This document shows positions 46,891 to 51,849 of a stretch of 51,849 nt of DNA, piece after piece (positions within the stretch are counted from its first letter, which is position 1; the number at the start of each line of letters is the position of its first letter). The stretch is from IMG/VR virus record IMGVR_UViG_3300003691_000008, positions 1 through 51,849 of that record, one strand, 5' to 3'. The stretch comes from a virus. Its lineage: Duplodnaviria; Caudoviricetes. The notes under the pieces are model-generated. The model was not told where the DNA came from. It saw only the letters and a list, made by a program, of their open reading frames with translations, and did not search any database. The position numbers and the translations under genes were made by a program.

Positions 46891-47142
46891 TTGTCATTGA
46901 AAACAGTGGGGTTTATGATCAGCAAAGATTACATTAACCACGAATTGATTTTCACAGGCTTTGGTTCAGATGGCATACACCTACTTTATAGAGAGTACAC
47001 GTTTAATGACATGGCTCGCACCGCATTTCAGCAAGAGTTGGTATACCCTATTAACTCAAAAGAAATAAGATTCAGGAATTACAATATTAAAGTAGCACCC
47101 AAACTACCATCAGAACTAACATACACGGTAATGTCTGAATAA
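46891..47142 (+). pseudogene. Probable C-terminal fragment of an accessory gene
   Basis: ELIFTG...LLYREY...DMARTAFQQELVY looks like a domain lacking its N-terminus; TTG start and no RBS. Confidence 0.4.
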
Positions 47143-47177
47143 GAATAAACCTGGGAAGCTGTTCAAAGATTAATTAA

Positions 47178-47209
47178 AAAGACCATCGAGCGTAAGCAAG
47201 ATGGTCTTT
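47178..47209. terminator. Hairpin/terminator near the prophage right end
   Basis: AAAGACCATC-N12-GATGGTCTTT. Confidence 0.6.
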
Positions 47210-47297
47210 CATTATGTGCAAAAGTGTTTCATTATACGCAACAATTAGTTTTCTCAGTTATCGCAGTTTTATAACTAAGTTTTCGCGCTCGGCATCA

Positions 47298-47324
47298 TTT
47301 TGCCCCTTAACGAGGGCTTTAGCA
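47298..47324 (+). other. Target duplication plus right part of the split attC
   Basis: TTTTGC-CCCTTAACGAGGGC-TTTAGCA completes a 99-bp attC with 8302-8379. Confidence 0.8.
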
Positions 47325-47339
47325 TTACTTGGAACATTT

Positions 47340-47750
47340 ATGGAAGAATCTAACTTTTTATGGGAGCACTTTAAGCTTCACGCAGATCAAAGAATTAAAG
47401 CATTTAATTTTTTTGTTATATTATCAATTTTTGCAGATGGTGGTGTGTTCACTGCTATAGCTAAAAGCTTCCCCCCATATTTGTTGATTGTCTTAGGTTT
47501 TTTTATAATCGTATTATCAGGAATTTTTTGGATACTGGATATCCGCTCTCATAACTTGGTAAAGCTCTCTTATAAAGGGCTTAAAAAATATGAATCATCA
47601 TTGGCTATTGAAAGTAGACTTTTTACTTTAGATTCAAGAAGGAAAAAAGGAATTTTCAGTTACACGAAAGCATTTGCACTTTTATTTAGCCTTCAAACTG
47701 CATTCGGCTTATTTGTTATGACACTAGGCTTGGTTAAAGCGTTATGCTAA
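47340..47750 (+). CDS. Integron-type cassette 5: 136-aa multi-TM membrane protein
   Basis: MEESNFLWEHFKLHADQRIKAFNFF..., about 3 TM segments; TTAGCATTAC at the start complements GTTATGCTAA at the end at 9/10. Confidence 0.75.
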   Translation: MEESNFLWEHFKLHADQRIKAFNFFVILSIFADGGVFTAIAKSFPPYLLIVLGFFIIVLSGIFWILDIRSHNLVKLSYKGLKKYESSLAIESRLFTLDSRRKKGIFSYTKAFALLFSLQTAFGLFVMTLGLVKALC

Positions 47751-47764
47751 GCACTTCAAACGGA

Positions 47765-47781
47765 ACAAAACCTAATCCGAA
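47765..47781 (+). repeat. 17-bp direct repeat, copy 2
   Basis: ACAAAACCTAATCCGAA, identical to 7324-7340. Confidence 0.8.
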
Positions 47782-47800
47782 GTCTCGATTGTCTTTAAAA

Positions 47801-47836
47801 GCTAATGTCTCGAATGTGGTAAATGTGATCATTAGC
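47801..47836. repeat. 36-bp palindromic boundary unit closing the cargo array
   Basis: GCTAATGTC-N18-ATCATTAGC, same geometry as 5662-5697. Confidence 0.7.
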
Positions 47837-47872
47837 AATGTGCAATACATCCAACTATGAGAGGGATTAATT

Positions 47873-49120
47873 TTACTCTGTTTTCGTTATTACTTTGTCC
47901 ATTAAAAATGTTGTCCAAATGTCCATTGCTTGCCGTTTTTCATTAATATAGTTATATCTGTCGTAGTGAATCGTTGATACGTCTGATTTATCATGCTGCT
48001 GCAGTATATCCCGCATTTCTTTACTAATACCCGCCGCCCCCATTAATGTTTTACATGTTCTCCTAAAATCACGCGGGGCAAATATTGGCATATCATGCTT
48101 TTTACACCAACGTTGCAGTGACATTCTTAACGTTGACAAACTTGCATGTTCGTTAGCATTATCTCGATGCGGCCACAAGTGCCCTACTTTGTTTCTCATT
48201 AACGCGAGTTCAGTTATTAACTCTTTACCTAACGGTGAAATAGGTACCAGGTGATCACCACGTTTTCTCATTTTAATACGGTCTTTGGGTATGGTAAAAA
48301 TACCACTCTCTAAATCAAACTCGCTTAGTTTGCTGTAATAAAGTTCACAAACACGTTGACCACCAAATGCTAACGCAGCTTTAAAATAAAGTTGCGACAT
48401 TTTAGGTAAGTCGTCGGCGTGCCAAACTTTGTATAGTTCGTCAGTTGTTAACCAACGTTCACCGGCATTTTTAGGGATTTCATAGGTAATATCACGAATA
48501 GGGTTATTCGATAGGCCGTAACGGTTTTCTTCTTTAAATTGCTCTGGTGAATTGTCAAACTCGATGGCGAATTTACACATAGACATTAAAGCGCTACGTA
48601 CAGCCCAAGATTGTTGCTTAGCGCCACGATTATAAACGCGGTAAATTAATTCACGGGCAAAATCAGTGGTAAAGTCTTGCGGTTGCATAGATGAAGTAAT
48701 AAATGGGGTAACGTCACTTTTGTATATATTTACAGTACGTTTTATTGTTGTATCTGCCCAATTTTTCTTTACAAATAAAATGAAGTCTTCAATCAGTTCT
48801 AATAAAGAACGCTGTGCCACGGCTTGTTGCTTTTCCACTTTTATTTGAATTTTATCTGCAGCAGGGTTTCCGCCCCTTTGTACTAATTCAGATAGCGCTA
48901 AAAACTTCTTTCTAGCATCAGCTAACGAAAGTGCCCCATACGGGCCAATCTCTATTCGTCTGCGGCCATTGAGAAAATATTGAAATTGAAACTTTTTAGT
49001 ACCCGTTGGATACACTTTTAATTGTAAGCGGCCAACGCCCCGCGCATCACTATCAGCGGTGATTACATAAGGCTTATCTTTAGGTTTAAGCGCTTTAATA
49101 CTTTTATCGGTAAAGTGCAT
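47873..49120 (-). CDS. int: P4-like tyrosine integrase with arm-binding N-terminal domain
   Basis: MHFTDKSIKALKP...IGPYGALSLADAR; catalytic GQR, RDFRRT, QH and HYDRY. Confidence 0.93.
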   Translation of the reverse strand: MHFTDKSIKALKPKDKPYVITADSDARGVGRLQLKVYPTGTKKFQFQYFLNGRRRIEIGPYGALSLADARKKFLALSELVQRGGNPAADKIQIKVEKQQAVAQRSLLELIEDFILFVKKNWADTTIKRTVNIYKSDVTPFITSSMQPQDFTTDFARELIYRVYNRGAKQQSWAVRSALMSMCKFAIEFDNSPEQFKEENRYGLSNNPIRDITYEIPKNAGERWLTTDELYKVWHADDLPKMSQLYFKAALAFGGQRVCELYYSKLSEFDLESGIFTIPKDRIKMRKRGDHLVPISPLGKELITELALMRNKVGHLWPHRDNANEHASLSTLRMSLQRWCKKHDMPIFAPRDFRRTCKTLMGAAGISKEMRDILQQHDKSDVSTIHYDRYNYINEKRQAMDIWTTFLMDKVITKTE

Positions 49121-49251
49121 AGTGTCAGTAACCGAGTCAGTTAGTCTTAATATAAGTGTAACTGAGTGAGATAGCACAAACAAGGAATGTGATTAAGAGG
49201 CCGTATTATATAGGGTTTTAGAGATTATATGGTGTTATTTAAGAAAGGCCG

Positions 49252-49278
49252 TTAAGTCATCGCTAAAAGCTCACACAT
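49252..49278 (-). pseudogene. yafJ: 5' stub of class II glutamine amidotransferase (yafJ-like) marking the att junction
   Basis: AAGAGG RBS then ATG TGT GAG CTT TTA GCG ATG ACT TAA = MCELLAMT*; YafJ proteins begin MCELL(G/A)MS and lie near fadE. Confidence 0.75.
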
Positions 49279-49441
49279 TTTTTAACCTCTTAAAACCACC
49301 AAACACTTAAAAGTAAAATGAGCTTGGCTAAACTTACAATTTATTCTATAAATAGAGTATATCATTGACTAAAAATTATTTTAAATTCAAATACTTTTTC
49401 TCTCTACGTTTCACATAAAACATACACTAAAAGGAATCCTT

Positions 49442-51849
49442 GTGGATATTATTATTTGGTTATTTGTCGCAATATCCTTAACTTGGTTTATGAGCTATAC
49501 AAGAGCATCATTATCAAGTTTTACCTTGAGCTTTGCTGCTCTGATGGCGTTAGGGTCATTATTCAACATAATTGGCATAGTTTCTTGGCTACTTTTTGCT
49601 GTCATCGCTTTGCCGATAAATATAGATACTATTCGCCAGCAGTTTATCAGTATGCCTTTGTTGGCGATATTTAAAAAAATAATGCCACAAATGTCCTCGA
49701 CTGAACAAGAAGCTATCGATGCTGGTACCACATGGTTCGATGCCGATTTATTTCGTGGTGACCCTGACTGGCAAAAACTTCATAATTATCCAAGACCGAG
49801 ACTGAGCTCTCAAGAAAAAGCATTCTTAGATGGCCCTGTCGAACAAGTTTGTGCCATGGTTAACGATTGGCATATTACGCATGAAATTGCTGATCTTCCA
49901 CCAGAAATATGGCAGTTCTTAAAAGAAAACAAATTTTTTGCCATGATTATCAAAAAACAATACGGTGGCTTAGAATTCTCTGCTTATGCCCAATCACGGG
50001 TTTTACAAAAACTCACCGGGGTTAGCTCGGTTCTTGCCAGCACTGTTGGCGTTCCAAACTCTTTAGGTCCAGGAGAGTTGCTGCAAGAATATGGAACCAA
50101 AGAACAGCAGGATTACTACTTACCTCGCCTAGCGAAAGGTGAAGAAATACCTTGTTTTGCGCTAACAAGTCCTGAGGCAGGATCCGATGCAGGATCTATC
50201 CCTGATGTTGGCATTATTTGTCATGGACAATTTAATGGCAAAGTTGTGCTTGGGATGAAACTGACTTGGGATAAACGTTATATCACCCTTGCCCCTATTG
50301 CTACGGTTTTAGGATTAGCATTTAAATTACAAGACCCTGAGCAGCTACTATCTGAGCAACAAGAGTTAGGTATTACTTGTGCTCTCATTCCAACTGATTT
50401 ATCAGGTATTACCATTGGCCGCAGACACTTCCCGCTCAATATCCCTTTCCAAAATGGTCCCACGCAAGGTAGTGATGTTTTTGTACCACTAGATTTTATT
50501 ATTGGCGGCCCTGATATGGCGGGCCAGGGTTGGCGCATGTTAGTTGAGTGCCTTTCTGTTGGTAGAGCGATTACATTACCATCAAACAGTGCTGGGAGTA
50601 TTAAAGCCACGGCTCTAGCAACGGGTGCATACAGCCGCATAAGACGTCAATTTAAAATGCCCATAGGTAAAATGGAAGGTATCGAAGAACCACTCGCCAA
50701 AATCGGCGCCAATGCCTATTTAATGGATGCTGTCACAACGATGTCAACAGGTGCAATCGACTTAGGCGAAAAGCCCTCGGTTATTTCGGCGATAGCTAAA
50801 TACCACCTTACAGAAAGAATGCGATCTTCCATCATCGATGCAATGGACATTCATGGCGGTAAAGGTATATGTATGGGGCCAAACAATTATCTAGCAAGAA
50901 CTTATCAGGGCGCCCCCATTGCCGTGACGGTTGAAGGTGCCAATATCCTTACCCGCAGTATGATAATTTATGGTCAAGGCGCCATTCGTTGCCATCCATA
51001 CGTATTAGCAGAATTAGAGGCAGCAAATAATAGTGATAATGAACAAGCTCTCAATGACTTTGACCATGCCCTTTTTGGTCATATAGGTTTTAGCATCAGT
51101 AATATTAGTCGTAGTTTGTGGTGCTCAATTACTGGTTCACGTTTCTTAGGCAGTCCATATAATGATGAGACTTGCCGATATTATCAATTACTGACGCGCT
51201 TTAGTGCCAACCTAGCCATGCTTTCAGATATTTCTATGTTATCACTTGGTGCAGATTTAAAACGTAAAGAGCGAATCTCAGCAAGGTTAGGCGATGTGCT
51301 AAGTCAACTGTATTTAGCTAGCGCGACCTTGAAACGTTATAATGATGAAGGAAGAAATACTGCTGATTTTCCTCTAGTACAATGGGCTGTAGAGGATTGT
51401 CTCTACAACATTCAGCATGCTATTGATGAGTTGATTAGTAATTTTCCTAACAAAATTGTTGGAAAAGTATTACGCGTGGTCATCTTCCCTCTAGGTACTT
51501 GGTTAAAAAAACCTAACGATGAAATATCACATAAAGTAGCACAATTATTACAAACCCCTGGTTCCGCACGTACTCGATTAGGTCAAGGACAATACCTAAC
51601 CCGCGATGGTTGTAATATTTTTGGTCGATTAGAGCAAGTACTTGAAGACATAATTAACTGTGAGCCAATTTATGAAAAAGTTTGTCGTGAACTAAATAAA
51701 AAATTACCTTTTTATCATCTCGATAAGGTAGCAGAACTCGGCCTTACTAATAATATCATTTCAAAAGTAGAAGCTGAGTTATTAACCACTGCCGAGATTG
51801 GGCGTCAGTGGGTGATTGCCGTGGATGATTTTGATAATAAGGATATGAC
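49442..51849 (+). CDS. fadE: Acyl-CoA dehydrogenase FadE (3' end outside window)
   Basis: GTG start after AAGGA; N-terminal TM segments, [50 protein letters not shown]. Confidence 0.95.
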   Translation, partial: MDIIIWLFVAISLTWFMSYTRASLSSFTLSFAALMALGSLFNIIGIVSWLLFAVIALPINIDTIRQQFISMPLLAIFKKIMPQMSSTEQEAIDAGTTWFDADLFRGDPDWQKLHNYPRPRLSSQEKAFLDGPVEQVCAMVNDWHITHEIADLPPEIWQFLKENKFFAMIIKKQYGGLEFSAYAQSRVLQKLTGVSSVLASTVGVPNSLGPGELLQEYGTKEQQDYYLPRLAKGEEIPCFALTSPEAGSDAGSIPDVGIICHGQFNGKVVLGMKLTWDKRYITLAPIATVLGLAFKLQDPEQLLSEQQELGITCALIPTDLSGITIGRRHFPLNIPFQNGPTQGSDVFVPLDFIIGGPDMAGQGWRMLVECLSVGRAITLPSNSAGSIKATALATGAYSRIRRQFKMPIGKMEGIEEPLAKIGANAYLMDAVTTMSTGAIDLGEKPSVISAIAKYHLTERMRSSIIDAMDIHGGKGICMGPNNYLARTYQGAPIAVTVEGANILTRSMIIYGQGAIRCHPYVLAELEAANNSDNEQALNDFDHALFGHIGFSISNISRSLWCSITGSRFLGSPYNDETCRYYQLLTRFSANLAMLSDISMLSLGADLKRKERISARLGDVLSQLYLASATLKRYNDEGRNTADFPLVQWAVEDCLYNIQHAIDELISNFPNKIVGKVLRVVIFPLGTWLKKPNDEISHKVAQLLQTPGSARTRLGQGQYLTRDGCNIFGRLEQVLEDIINCEPIYEKVCRELNKKLPFYHLDKVAELGLTNNIISKVEAELLTTAEIGRQWVIAVDDFDNKDM

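Larger units (their letters stand above)
8380..47297. mobile_element. Apparently complete Mu/B3-like transposable prophage (38,918 bp, siphovirus-type tail)
   Basis: TGAT...ATCA ends, 48-bp imperfect terminal inverted repeats, TTTTGC duplicated at 8374-8379 and 47298-47303; DDE transposase, Ner, Mor and Mu-type head genes. Confidence 0.95.

Noticed and set aside
47214-47339. N-terminal extension of the 178-aa ORF
   Set aside because: It runs across the prophage end and the attC; the cassette gene more plausibly starts at ATG 47340
47873-49120. Integrase as the integron integrase for the cassettes
   Set aside because: It has a P4-type arm-binding N-terminus and is 415 aa, with no recognisable IntI-specific insertion; it fits an island integrase
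49121-49183. N-terminal extension of the integrase
   Set aside because: The region holds arm-site-like repeats, and the family-typical start MHFTDK is at 49120
49190-49440. tRNA/tmRNA integration target
   Set aside because: No cloverleaf-like sequence recognised; the yafJ-like stub explains the junction

Overview
AT-rich gammaproteobacterial DNA (Colwellia/Alteromonadales-like by inference) with three nested layers. (1) The right part of an integrative element. Its P4-type tyrosine integrase (47873-49120) sits beside an att junction that cuts the host yafJ-like glutamine amidotransferase gene after codon 7 (stub MCELLAMT*, 49252-49278), and host fadE follows at 49442 to the end. (2) A cargo region (1-8379, resuming at 47298-47840) with an S24 repressor tail, a three-gene Lamassu/ABC-3C defence operon and five integron-type cassettes encoding membrane proteins. 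No intI is present. The cassettes sit in three repeated modules, each made of a ~36-bp palindrome, a conserved 20-mer exactly 19 bp after the palindrome's GAC, a 240-315 bp attI-like leader and one or two cassettes. (3) An apparently complete 38.9-kb B3-like transposable siphovirus prophage (8380-47297), inserted inside an attC site, with TG...CA ends, 48-bp imperfect terminal inverted repeats and a 6-bp TTTTGC duplication. It carries a candidate three-gene PD-(D/E)XK defence operon, a MuF-metallopeptidase toxin with a putative immunity gene, its own HU, two near-identical apparently leaderless late promoters and a mosaic beta-helix tail spike. The most novel-looking signal is the palindrome-delimited modular cassette and defence array. 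All protein calls come from motif recognition by eye; no database searches were run.
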